NCBI GenBank assembly: GCA_963749495.1
Contig: CAVVMW010000005.1
Span: forward strand, 320,001 to 384,000
From: an uncultured bacterium
GTDB lineage: Bacteria; Verrucomicrobiota; Verrucomicrobiia; Limisphaerales; UBA8199
Direction: 5' to 3'
DNA: 64,000 bases
Each line of letters starts with the position of its first letter. Position 1 is the stretch's first letter. The notes beneath the pieces are model-generated. The model did no database searches. It saw only the letters and a program-made list of their open reading frames with translations, and was not told the DNA's origin. Position numbers and translations under genes: made by a program. Of this stretch, positions 1 through 7,323 are shown piece by piece.

Positions 1-147
1 CTCCTGCTTGGCCAGAAACTCGAGGAAAACCTGCTGGCTGATGTCATCGACCAAGCCGGGCCAAGGCGCCAGTTTGAAGGCCAGCGCCCTTACGAAGGCG
101 TGATGTGCCAGCACGAGCTGGGCGACCTTTATCTCGTTCGACAACAT
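1..147 (-). CDS. ECF sigma-70 factor, N-terminus (runs off window)
   Basis: ATG at 147 reads MLSNEIKVAQLVLAHHAFVRALAFKLAPWPGLVDDISQQVFLEFL, resembling ECF sigma region 2 (DDIxQQVFL). Confidence 0.65.
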   Translation of the reverse strand, partial: MLSNEIKVAQLVLAHHAFVRALAFKLAPWPGLVDDISQQVFLEFLAKQE

Positions 148-277
148 AACGTTCTCACCATTATCCCGCACCGACCTTCAAAACCTGACATGAAATGTCA
201 ATAATCCATCCTTCGCATCGCGGTATTCCGGTCCTGTTGGCTTCGGGTTCCGGGACGTCCTCCTTCGGGCTGGCGCC

Positions 278-1837
278 TCATTGACGCCGCGTGCCTGCCC
301 CACCAAGTGGTGCGGTATTGGAACCGCCTTGCAGATCGCGATCCAGGGCCGCCCCGTCGAACGGAACAACGATGATCTTACTGCCGTGGGTATCATTGCC
401 CCGTTCCTGTTCCTTGGGAACATCAATGACCGCGAAAGTAAAATGGGTAACATGGCCATTTTGGAGGAGCACGCCGGGACGTTCCATTTTCTCCCAATGA
501 TTGACGGTCCCATCGGTGTACCGCACGAAGTCCTTCGTCGGATCGTAAGCCAGTCCTCTGAACGTCCAGTTCTTGATGCCGTCGGGTGAGGTCAGGTGGT
601 AGGCCTTGCGGCCGCTCCAGCTATTGACCACGATGTGGCACAGGTTCCCGCTATACCACACCACCGGATCTTCCAGATTGCGCAGTGGAAGGCCGGGAAT
701 CTGCGGATAAATGCTCGGTCCCTGGACCGTGTACGGCCCCAGGATGCCGGCCTTGCTGAGCAAGATGGCGCCGGACCGCGGCACGATCATAAAGTCGCCA
801 TCCGGACGAACCATCATGCTCACGTTCGACATTCGCCCCAGGCGGCTGAACTCGTTTGTGGCGACCTTGATCGAACCGAGAAACTCCCAAGGGCCATCCA
901 GCGACTCAGAGACAAAAGGGCTCTGGATGGGCATTGGCAGGAAATAGTCGATCAATGTCTTCTCGGCGGCGGGAGCAGGCCGCTGGCCTGGCAGGCCCGG
1001 CGCGCGGGCGATCACCTGGAGTTCCGGCTTGCGCACGCCGAACTGGTCCATCGGGAAGTTCACGAAGCCCAGGGCGAGGGCGGGGGAACCGTCCCTCACC
1101 CGGTAATCGCCCTTGGCGGGGTCCGCGAATTGCGCGTCGGCCACGAGGGAATGTTCGTCCCGGCCGCTCTGGCGTTGCAGGTTGATGGCAGGGGCGTTGG
1201 TCGCGCCGGTCCGGTGCAGAAGGTTGAAGTCCATTTCCTTGCCGGTGATCCGCCAGGTAAAGTCGCCCCAGAGCGCGGGGTGCATGGCGTGATAATAGCC
1301 GCCGGTCGGATCGGCCCAACGCGCGGCGCGATTCGTCGAGATCGCATCCGCAGCGAAGCCGTCGAAATACTGCGCCTTCGGATCGAAGTTCGGATAGCGC
1401 GCCAGGATTTGCCGCTCGCCGTTGACGAAGACCTCCTCGGTCCGCAAGTCCCCCGGCACCTTCGCCTGTAAAATGCCGCCTTGGTAAGGACGCCAGTCGA
1501 GCTTGTCCAGCCTAACGCCGCCGCTGATGATGGGCCGCTCGTTTTTGTAGGCTTGGAAAATGACCGGGGCCTTCTCCGTGCCGGAATCCTGGGCGGTGAA
1601 CACGAGTGGTGCGGACAAATAGTAAATGCCGCCCCGCAGGAACACCGTTCCCGGTTGTTGCCGCACGGCCTGCTGAGCCCGTTGGGGGCTGGCGAAGGGT
1701 CTTTCCAGCGTGCCGGGGTTCGCGTCGTCGCCAGTGGGTGCCACGAAGTATGGCCGCCCGAACGCTGTAAAGGCCATCAGGCCAAGCGACCCGCTCAGCC
1801 AGAGCAACCGGCGGAGGATCGCGATCTTTGGTTTCAT
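278..1837 (-). pseudogene. Secreted carbohydrate-active protein chimera: parallel beta-helix N-terminus joined to GH43-like propeller C-terminus, internally deleted
   Basis: Signal peptide MKPKIAIL..., YFVAPTGDDANPGT..PFAS motif, abrupt junctions, C-terminal LEDPVVW...KMERP motifs. Confidence 0.6.
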
Positions 1838-2039
1838 GTGGAAGGCTATTTCCGCTGAAAAACTGAGTAGCCATAGATCCCAAAGGCTCTCATGTAAACT
1901 CCGTCCCGCAAGCTCCGGCGCCAGGTCTGCCACTCGTGTGCGGTGCCCGGCGATTCGTAGAACACGGTCTTGATTCCCGCCTTCTCCAGCGCATCGCGGT
2001 AGTTCTTGACACTGTCGCACATCCGCTTTTGCTCCGCTG

Positions 2040-2336
2040 AACGGTAGGCAGGCGGATCTGGCCGCGAACGGTCCGCACCGCTTCGTCCTGGTCACGAATC
2101 GGCAGCGTGATCCACTCCTCCCAGGTCACCGGGCGGACCTTGGAAGTGCGGAGTGCAGAGTGCGGAGTGCGGAATGAATCGAACTCCAGATCGGGTAGAT
2201 CTTCGCGCTCGATTTCCAGGCCGGTGGCCACGTTGGTGGCCATCATGCAGAACGCCTCTTGAGGCGTGCGCACGTTGATGGCCTGCCAGTTGCGGTTCAG
2301 CACCAGCACGGTCGCTTTTGTCAATGTACTGCTCAT
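2040..2336 (-). pseudogene. HNH endonuclease (McrA-like) N-terminal part, truncated before the HNH motif, with in-frame heptamer-repeat insertion
   Basis: MSSTLTKATVLVLNRNWQAINVRTPQEAF...VRPVTWEEW...IRLPTV; the insert FRTPHSALRT comes from heptamer repeats at ~2145-2175. Confidence 0.75.
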
Positions 2337-2483
2337 AAAAAGGGGTCGAGGGTCGAGTGACGAGGACCGGAAGCGCGCTGCGGCCGAGCTTCCCTCGTGG
2401 CCCTTCATCTGCCCAAGGTGTTTGTTCTTTGTTGAGGGCCTTAGCCTTTAGCCTTCAGCCTTCAGCCTTTGGCCTTTGAAGCA

Positions 2484-2558
2484 TGGCTGCCTCGCCTGGA
2501 ATTGCACCAGGTCCTTCGGTTTCAGAGACCGACGCGCTCCTGATTACACCACGAGGCC
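2484..2558 (-). tRNA. tRNA-Gln(CTG)
   Basis: Cloverleaf; anticodon arm TCGGT-CTCTGAA-ACCGA; T-loop TGCAATT; encoded CCA. Confidence 0.9.
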
Positions 2559-2627
2559 CGCCGTCGCGCTTTGCGCTAAGGCGCGGCAAGCGATTGGCCC
2601 GCCGAGCCGTAGCCGGCAGGCGAAGGC

Positions 2628-2701
2628 TGGTCGCTCGGGAAGGTCCTGCCCCTCCGATTTCTGGGTGTAGGCCAGACGTGATGCTATTTCACCACCGAGC
2701 C
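2628..2701 (-). tRNA. tRNA-Val(TAC)
   Basis: TCTGG-CCTACAC-CCAGA; T-loop GGCAGGA; ACCA end. Confidence 0.85.
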
Positions 2702-2811
2702 TTTCGAATGCGGAACTCGGAATGCGGAGTGCGGAGTGCCAAACGAGAACGAAGGCTGCTTGTGCGCGCGCCCCCATTCCGCACTCTGCATTCCCCACTC
2801 CGCACTGGGAA

Positions 2812-2885
2812 TGGCTGCCTCGCTTGGATTCGCACCAAGATCATCGGGGTCAAAGCCCGGCATGCTGCCGTTACACCACGAGGCA
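2812..2885 (-). tRNA. tRNA-Gln(TTG)
   Basis: Acceptor TGCCTCG/CGAGGCA; loop CTTTGAC; GCCA end. Confidence 0.92.
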
Positions 2886-2993
2886 AGGAATCGGCCTGCC
2901 AAGCCGTAGCCCGGCACGTCACAAATGCTCGCCTCCGCACTAGCGTGCTTCGGCGCAGCAGCCCTCGCCACCCGTCGCGCGTGTGGCGAAGGC

Positions 2994-3070
2994 TGGTGGA
3001 GCCGGAGGTAGTTGCAACCTCACCAAACCCGATTAAAAGTCGGGTGCCGGTCTGCTGTGGCTTCGGATCC
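2994..3070 (-). tRNA. tRNA-Lys(TTT)
   Basis: CCCGA-CTTTTAA-TCGGG; GAGGT-TGCAACT-ACCTC; ACCA end. Confidence 0.88.
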
Positions 3071-3077
3071 AGGAAAA

Positions 3078-3162
3078 TGGTGGGCGAGAGAGGATTTGCA
3101 CCTCCAAGGCTCACAGACTCTCGATCTGTGGGGTCTGCTAATTCCCTCTGAACCACTCGCCC
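3078..3162 (-). tRNA. tRNA-Leu(GAG), atypical fold
   Basis: Acceptor GGGCGAG/CTCGCCC; ACAGA-TCGAGAG-TCTGT; extra GGTTCAG before D arm; short variable region GAGCCTT. Confidence 0.85.
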
Positions 3163-3171
3163 AAAGAAAAG

Positions 3172-3247
3172 TGGTGCTCCCGGCCGGAATCTCACCGGCA
3201 ACCTCAGCCTTCGGAGGGCCGCGCTCTGGTAATTGAGCTACAGGAGC
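3172..3247 (-). tRNA. tRNA-Arg(CCG)
   Basis: CGGCC-CTCCGAA-GGCTG; T-loop TGAGATT; ACCA end. Confidence 0.9.
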
Positions 3248-3343
3248 AGTCCTAATGTGGAATTCGGAATGCGGAGTGCGGAATAAGAATGTGCACAGGG
3301 CTCTGCACACTCCGCATTCCGCACTCTACACTCACCACTTGAA

Positions 3344-3414
3344 GGGGTCTCCTGCCGGTGCTGCCCCGGCCTGGCTTGTTTACAAAACGAGCCTGCAGGC
3401 TGCCGCAAGGAGAC
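3344..3414 (-). tRNA. tRNA-Thr(TGT), short D arm, no intact encoded CCA
   Basis: Acceptor GTCTCCT/AGGAGAC; loop TTTGTAA; GCCGG-GGCAGCA-CCGGC. Confidence 0.7.
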
Positions 3415-3452
3415 GAGATGGCCTGCCGAGCCGTAGCGCTCGGCGCGAAGGT

Positions 3453-3527
3453 TGGTCGCAATCCCCAGTGCTGCCCTGGGCACGGCTGGCTTATGAAACC
3501 GGCCTGAGCGCTAGCCCTTTCAAGTGC
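3453..3527 (-). pseudogene. tRNA(CAT), Met/Ile2-like, 5' acceptor strand lost or degenerate
   Basis: Loop TTCATAA, CCCAG-GGCAGCA-CTGGG, ACCA end; 5' end runs into a heptamer repeat. Confidence 0.6.
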
Positions 3528-3612
3528 AAAGTGGAGAATGCAAAGTGCGGAATGCACCGGGCGCGGGCGTAGCGATGATAATTCTGCACTCCGAATTCCG
3601 CATTCTGCACTG

Positions 3613-3652
3613 ATGGCGGGTGGGTCTGCTCTTCCCCGTGAACCACGCGCCG
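3613..3652 (-). pseudogene. 5' half of a fifth atypical tRNA-Leu
   Basis: CGGCGCG-TGGTTCACGGGGAAGAGCAGACCC matches the 5' halves of the four atypical Leu tRNAs; 3' half replaced by heptamer repeats. Confidence 0.65.
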
Positions 3653-3658
3653 AGAAGA

Positions 3659-3769
3659 TGGCGTCCCTGACCGGCTTCGCTCCCGCCTTCGCTGGAAAGC
3701 TACGGCGGGGCAGGCCGGTGATCTCCTGCATGAGAGGCAGGCATTTTGTCTGGACTACACCACAGGGAC
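3659..3769 (-). tRNA. tRNA-Glu(CTC) with 33-nt palindromic insertion in T arm (3682-3714)
   Basis: Acceptor GTCCCTG/CAGGGAC; CCTGC-CTCTCAT-GCAGG; ACCGG[insert]AGCGAAG-CCGGT. Confidence 0.88.
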
Positions 3770-3775
3770 TGAAAA

Positions 3776-3852
3776 TGGTGAGGGCAGGAGGCTTCGCACC
3801 CCCAACCTGATGCATGTGACGCATCCGCTCTGGCTGGCTGAGCTATGCCCTC
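3776..3852 (-). tRNA. tRNA-Val(CAC)
   Basis: GATGC-GTCACAT-GCATC; T-loop TGCGAAG; ACCA end. Confidence 0.9.
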
Positions 3853-3888
3853 AAAATGGCTCGCCGAGACGTAGCTCCGAGCGAAGGC

Positions 3889-3964
3889 TGGTGGGGGACG
3901 AAGAGTGCTGCCCTCTTTGCCTCTCGGATGTCAGACGAGCGCTCTCCTGGTGAGCTACGTCCCC
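3889..3964 (-). tRNA. tRNA-Val(GAC)
   Basis: Loop CTGACAT; AAGAG-GGCAGCA-CTCTT; ACCA end. Confidence 0.85.
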
Positions 3965-3970
3965 AACAAA

Positions 3971-4020
3971 TGGAGCGGGTGGACGGAGTCGCACCGTCGA
4001 CTCGGCCTTGGCACGGCCCT
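3971..4020 (-). pseudogene. 3' half of tRNA-Gly(GCC)
   Basis: GGCC-GTGCCAA-GGCC, GACGG-TGCGACT-CCGTC, CACCCGC-TCCA; 5' half absent, GIY-YIG gene abuts. Confidence 0.75.
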
Positions 4021-4030
4021 TGGAGATAAA

Positions 4031-4297
4031 CTAGCTCCCCAGGCTCTCCGCTCCGCCCCAGAAGTGTCGTTTTGCGAAGGCATGGCCGGACCCGCTCTTC
4101 AGGTATTTCTCGAAGTGCTGGGCCTGTTCAAGGGACTCGAACGCAACGTACACCTTGAGCGTCCAAGGTATGAACTTGGACGTGTGCGGACATTTACCGG
4201 CGTTATGGTCTGCCACTCGTTGACGGAGGTCTGCCGTATGACCGATGTACCTCTGGTCGCGGTGGCTCAAGCTCTGGATGACGTATGTGTAAAACAT
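4031..4297 (-). CDS. Small GIY-YIG nuclease
   Basis: MFYTYVIQS...RYIGHTADLRQRVADHNAG...PW.L..Y..F...A..FEKYLKSGSGHAF. Confidence 0.92.
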   Translation of the reverse strand: MFYTYVIQSLSHRDQRYIGHTADLRQRVADHNAGKCPHTSKFIPWTLKVYVAFESLEQAQHFEKYLKSGSGHAFAKRHFWGGAESLGS

Positions 4298-4680
4298 ATT
4301 GCGGCCTGCCATCCATAGCTTGGAACCCGTTCCGTGGAAAGTCCTCCTTCGCCGAGCCTACGGAGGACATCCTCCGTTTGGCCCCCTCGCCTGGCTCGGG
4401 TTCCGAGCGGAGGATGGTGTCCCCAGCCGATTAAATCCAGAACGAAGAATGCAAAGTGCAGAACGCCCCACTCCCTCGCCATTGTCGAAAACCCAAATCC
4501 ATTTTGCATTCTTCATTCTGAATTCTTCATTTCAAAGGGCGGCCTGGATTGCGGGTCCGGTTCCGCTCGCTGGGAAAGGAGGCCGTTTCCTGCTGCTTGT
4601 GCCGCCAGCGCAGGAACTTCTGAAACCGGGCAAAATTCGTTCGGAGCGAATTTTGATAGGTTTTGTCCTCGAAGAACAAA

Positions 4681-4768
4681 TGGCGGAATGCCGTGGACTT
4701 GCACCACTTGCCTGGAGGCACGCACTCGTTAGCACCGAGGCCCGGTTCGCTTGCCCGGTTGGCATTCC
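4681..4768 (-). tRNA. tRNA-Ser(GCT) with 8/4 acceptor/T-stem fold
   Basis: 8-bp acceptor GGAATGCC/GGCATTCC, G73-CCA, 4-bp T stem GTGG/CCAC, long V arm TGCCT-CC-AGGCA, loop GTGCTAA. Confidence 0.88.
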
Positions 4769-4808
4769 AGAAATGGCCTGCCGAGCCGAAGCTCGACAGA
4801 GCGAAGGC

Positions 4809-4892
4809 TGGTCGGCGTGGGGAGACTTGCGCTCCCAAGGCTGTTCGGGTTTGAGCCGAACCGGTCTGCTATTCCCGGTAAACCACACGCCG
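4809..4892 (-). tRNA. tRNA-Leu(CAA), atypical fold
   Basis: TTCGG-CTCAAAC-CCGAA; extra GGTTTA before D arm; variable region CAGCCTT. Confidence 0.88.
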
Positions 4893-4924
4893 GCCCGCCG
4901 AGCCGTGGCCCGGGGAGCGAAGGT

Positions 4925-5010
4925 TGGTCGGCGCCCCGGGACTTGCACCCGGAAGGCTCAGCGATTTTAAGTCGCTGGGGTCTGCTGATTCCCGCTGAAG
5001 CCAGGCGCCG
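4925..5010 (-). tRNA. tRNA-Leu(TAA), atypical fold
   Basis: AGCGA-CTTAAAA-TCGCT; extra GGCTTCAG; variable region GAGCCTT. Confidence 0.88.
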
Positions 5011-5123
5011 AGAAAATGGCCTGCCGGGTCGGAGTTCGGAGCGAGGGTCGGATGCCCGCCTACGCCTCAAAGGCAGGCTTCGGCGAGACAGTCTTCGTTC
5101 TCCGCTGCGCTCCGAACGAAGAC

Positions 5124-5207
5124 TGGTGGGCATGGAGGGACTTGCACCCCCAAGGCTGCCAGATTCTGAATCTGGACCCTCTGCTATTCGGGTTGAACCA
5201 CATGCCC
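5124..5207 (-). tRNA. tRNA-Leu(CAG), atypical fold
   Basis: CCAGA-TTCAGAA-TCTGG; extra GGTTCA; D stem ACCC/GGGT; variable region CAGCCTT. Confidence 0.88.
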
Positions 5208-5216
5208 AGTTGAAAT

Positions 5217-5292
5217 TGGTGCTCCCGGCAGGACTCTCACCTGCAACCGGCGGTTCGAAGCCGCCCGCTCTGATATTTTGAGCTACGGGAGC
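5217..5292 (-). tRNA. tRNA-Arg(TCG)
   Basis: GGCGG-CTTCGAA-CCGCC; T-loop TGAGAGT; ACCA end. Confidence 0.92.
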
Positions 5293-5378
5293 CCTCCAAA
5301 TGCAGAGTGCGGGATGCAGAGTGCAGAATGACGCCCTTCCGTTCTGCGTCCCCCATTTTGGATTATTCAGTTGAAAAT

Positions 5379-5825
5379 TGGGGCCGGTGGGGAGACTCGC
5401 ACTCCCGTGGTAACTGTTCAGGTGTTGGACCAGTGCTGGCTTCGACGCCAGCGCCGGGCCCAGCCAAGCCGTTGTCCCGGAGGGACAACCCGAGAATAGC
5501 CCGGCGCTTCAGCGCCGGGTCCGACGCCCTAAAAACCCCGCGTCCCGACAGGGACGCCTGAGGCTCAGCACCGCAAGAGGCCAGCCGATTCAGCCGTCCC
5601 TCCGGGACGGGCGGGAGATTAGACCGCTTTCCCCGGCGCTGAAGCGCCGGGCTATTTTCGGGCTGTCCCTTCGGGACAACGACGGCCCTCGAACCAGAGC
5701 GCGTCCCGAGAGGCCCCGGCGGCGATGTGGCAACCCATGTGCCGAGACCTGAACAGTTACCTCCCGTGGGACGAATTGCCCGGCAGTTTACGAAACTGCT
5801 GCTGTCGCTGCTGAGCCACGCCGGC
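5379..5825 (-). pseudogene. tRNA with anticodon CGT (Thr) and long variable arm, interrupted by a MITE
   Basis: Removing 5410-5760 plus one duplication copy restores GCAGT-TTCGTAA-ACTGC, V arm GGGC-AATTC-GTCC, GGGAG-TGCGAGT-CTCCC, CCCA end. Confidence 0.85.
5410..5760. mobile_element. Non-autonomous IS66-like MITE (351 bp) carrying nested REP-like palindromes
   Basis: Terminal inverted repeats GTAACTGTTCAGGT...ACCTGAACAGTTAC; 8-bp duplication CTCCCGTG at 5402-5409 and 5761-5768. Confidence 0.88.
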
Positions 5826-5933
5826 CTCCGAAATGCGGAATGCAGAGTGCGGAGTGCGGGATTGCACAGAGCCGTCACAACAACGCTTGTGCTCCTCATT
5901 CCGCACTCAGCACTCCGAACTCCGCACTGAAAA

Positions 5934-6007
5934 TGGTGGGTCGCCACGGTGCTGCCCCGTGCTCTGCGGTTTAAGAGACCGCTGCATCGCTGCAATGCTT
6001 GCAACCC
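5934..6007 (-). tRNA. tRNA-Lys(CTT)
   Basis: GCGGT-CTCTTAA-ACCGC; T-loop GGCAGCA; ACCA end. Confidence 0.9.
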
Positions 6008-6010
6008 AAC

Positions 6011-6085
6011 CGCGACACGAAGGCGGAGTTGAACCGCCGCAGCCAGATCTGTGAAGTCCTGGCCGGCACCGGTGTTCGCGTCGCG
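6011..6085 (-). ncRNA. tRNA-like element with 11-bp closing stem and canonical T arm, no CCA
   Basis: CGCGACGCGAA/TTCGTGTCGCG; GGCGG-TTCAACT-CCGCC; GCCAGG...TCTGGC arm. Confidence 0.65.
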
Positions 6086-6090
6086 TGAAA

Positions 6091-6165
6091 TGGAATCCCG
6101 TGTGAGAGTCGCACTCACCTGCGCGGTTTTGCAGACCGCTGCCTGGGCTGCTCGGCCAACGGGAC
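6091..6165 (-). tRNA. tRNA-Cys(GCA)
   Basis: GCGGT-CTGCAAA-ACCGC; U73-CCA; T-loop TGCGACT. Confidence 0.92.
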
Positions 6166-6273
6166 ATCTGAATGCGGAGTGCGGAGTGCGGAGTGCAGAG
6201 TGCAGAGTGCGCAATGTCTGCGGTGCTGCCCCTCAGGCATTCCGCATTCTGCACTCCGCACTCAGCATTTGGT

Positions 6274-6700
6274 TCACGCTGCCCGCACAAAGTCCGAGAT
6301 GACGGCTGGAACGCTGGTGTCGAAACCAACCACGTCCAGCATCCCGCGGTCGTTCGGGTCGGCCAGGGTGAAGCCACTTAAATGAAGAGTTAAGAATGCA
6401 GAATGAAGAACGGAGGACGCCCTCAGCCGCCGTTGGTCTTGATTCCTCATTGTGCATTCTTCATTCTGCATTCATGTGGGCCCAGACCATCGGCAGCGAG
6501 CAATCCGTGCCGCCCATCGGGATCGCACGGACCTTCTCGATGACGCTTTCCAGGCGCATTCGGGGCGAGAGGGCGACCCGGGTAATGCCTGACTCACCGC
6601 CACCCCGCTGGCCGCCGTGACCGCTGGCGGCTGCGCTGAAGGCGATGATCTCGCACTCGGGGTCGGTTGCCGCCGTCACCAGGGCCATGGCGATGGACAA
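6274..6700 (-). pseudogene. TROVE/Ro60 (Rsr-like) protein, C-terminal vWA fragments only
   Basis: AMALVTAATDP...LSPRMRL...PMGGTDCSLPMVWA and GFTLADPNDRGMLDVVGFDTSVPAVISDF, separated by a heptamer hairpin. Confidence 0.88.
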
Positions 6701-6702
6701 GT

Positions 6703-6820
6703 GGCGCCGTAGGGTGGGGATCTCCTTACGGGAATCGAACCCGTCCGGAACTTGAATCCGGGCGCTCTCCCATGGCGAGCGTCCTCCCCGTGCTGGAGGA
6801 TGACCTGCGGACTTCGGCCC
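6703..6820 (-). ncRNA. Candidate Y RNA-like (YrlA-type) RNA
   Basis: Directly upstream of the TROVE remnant; ends GGGCCGAAG...CTACGGCGCC; inner GGTCATCCT/AGGAGATCC; canonical T arm ACGGG-TTCGATT-CCCGT. Confidence 0.6.
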
Positions 6821-6828
6821 ATGCGAAT

Positions 6829-6936
6829 TGGTCAGGAAGCCGGGATTCGCACCCGGACCGTCCGCTTCACAGGCGGAGATGCTGTCCACCCTCCGCAGTG
6901 CTGCTACGGAGGACGGGCTGTTACACCACAATCCTG
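6829..6936 (-). tRNA. tRNA-His(GTG) with 33-nt palindromic insertion in D loop (6885-6917)
   Basis: TCCGC-CTGTGAA-GCGGA; removing the insert gives D arm GGTGTAACAGCAGCATC. Confidence 0.85.
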
Positions 6937-6941
6937 GAAAA

Positions 6942-7019
6942 TGGTGCCCCCAGGTGGACTCGCACCACGATCCTCCTGCTTCGCGGGCAGGCGTGCACAT
7001 TCTCTTACACCTTGGGGGC
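6942..7019 (-). tRNA. tRNA-Arg(GCG)
   Basis: Acceptor GCCCCCA/TGGGGGC; CCTGC-CCGCGAA-GCAGG; ACCA end. Confidence 0.85.
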
Positions 7020-7110
7020 CTTGGAAGTGCGGATTTCGGAGTGCGGAGTGCGAAATGGCTGACGATTCCGGTGCGCCTCATTCCGCATTCCGCATTCTGC
7101 ACTCTGCACT

Positions 7111-7191
7111 TGGAGCGTCCGTGGCCGGACTTGCACCGGCTATGCCCGGCTTGAAGGGCCGGCTGCTCGAGCCTGCTTTGCATTCACGGAC
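7111..7191 (-). tRNA. tRNA-Glu(TTC)
   Basis: Acceptor GTCCGTG/CACGGAC; CCGGC-CCTTCAA-GCCGG; 3' end G-CTCCA (irregular). Confidence 0.82.
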
Positions 7192-7323
7192 AAATTGTTC
7201 ACCGTGGAAGGCTGGAACCACGGGGATTTCTGAACTCAGAATGGAGAATGAAGAGTGCAGAATGTCGAACCCTGCTGGCTCATTCTGCACTTTGCATTCC
7301 CCACTCTGCATTTGAGAGGCGCG

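Noticed and set aside
3682..3714. Group I or archaeal-type tRNA intron
   Set aside because: Far too short for a self-splicing intron, no clear bulge-helix-bulge, and the sequence belongs to the intergenic REP family.
4415..4435. Additional tRNA ending ...CGGCTGGGGACACCA
   Set aside because: Only a possible 3' acceptor strand; no T loop or anticodon arm before the heptamer block.
6011..6085. tRNA-Sec or UGA suppressor (CTTCA in loop)
   Set aside because: Loop is 10 nt, there is no long variable arm, no extended D stem and no CCA; kept only as a tRNA-like element.
7195..7235. prfH C-terminal remnant (PVVPAFHGEQF)
   Set aside because: Resemblance is too short and weak to support without an alignment.
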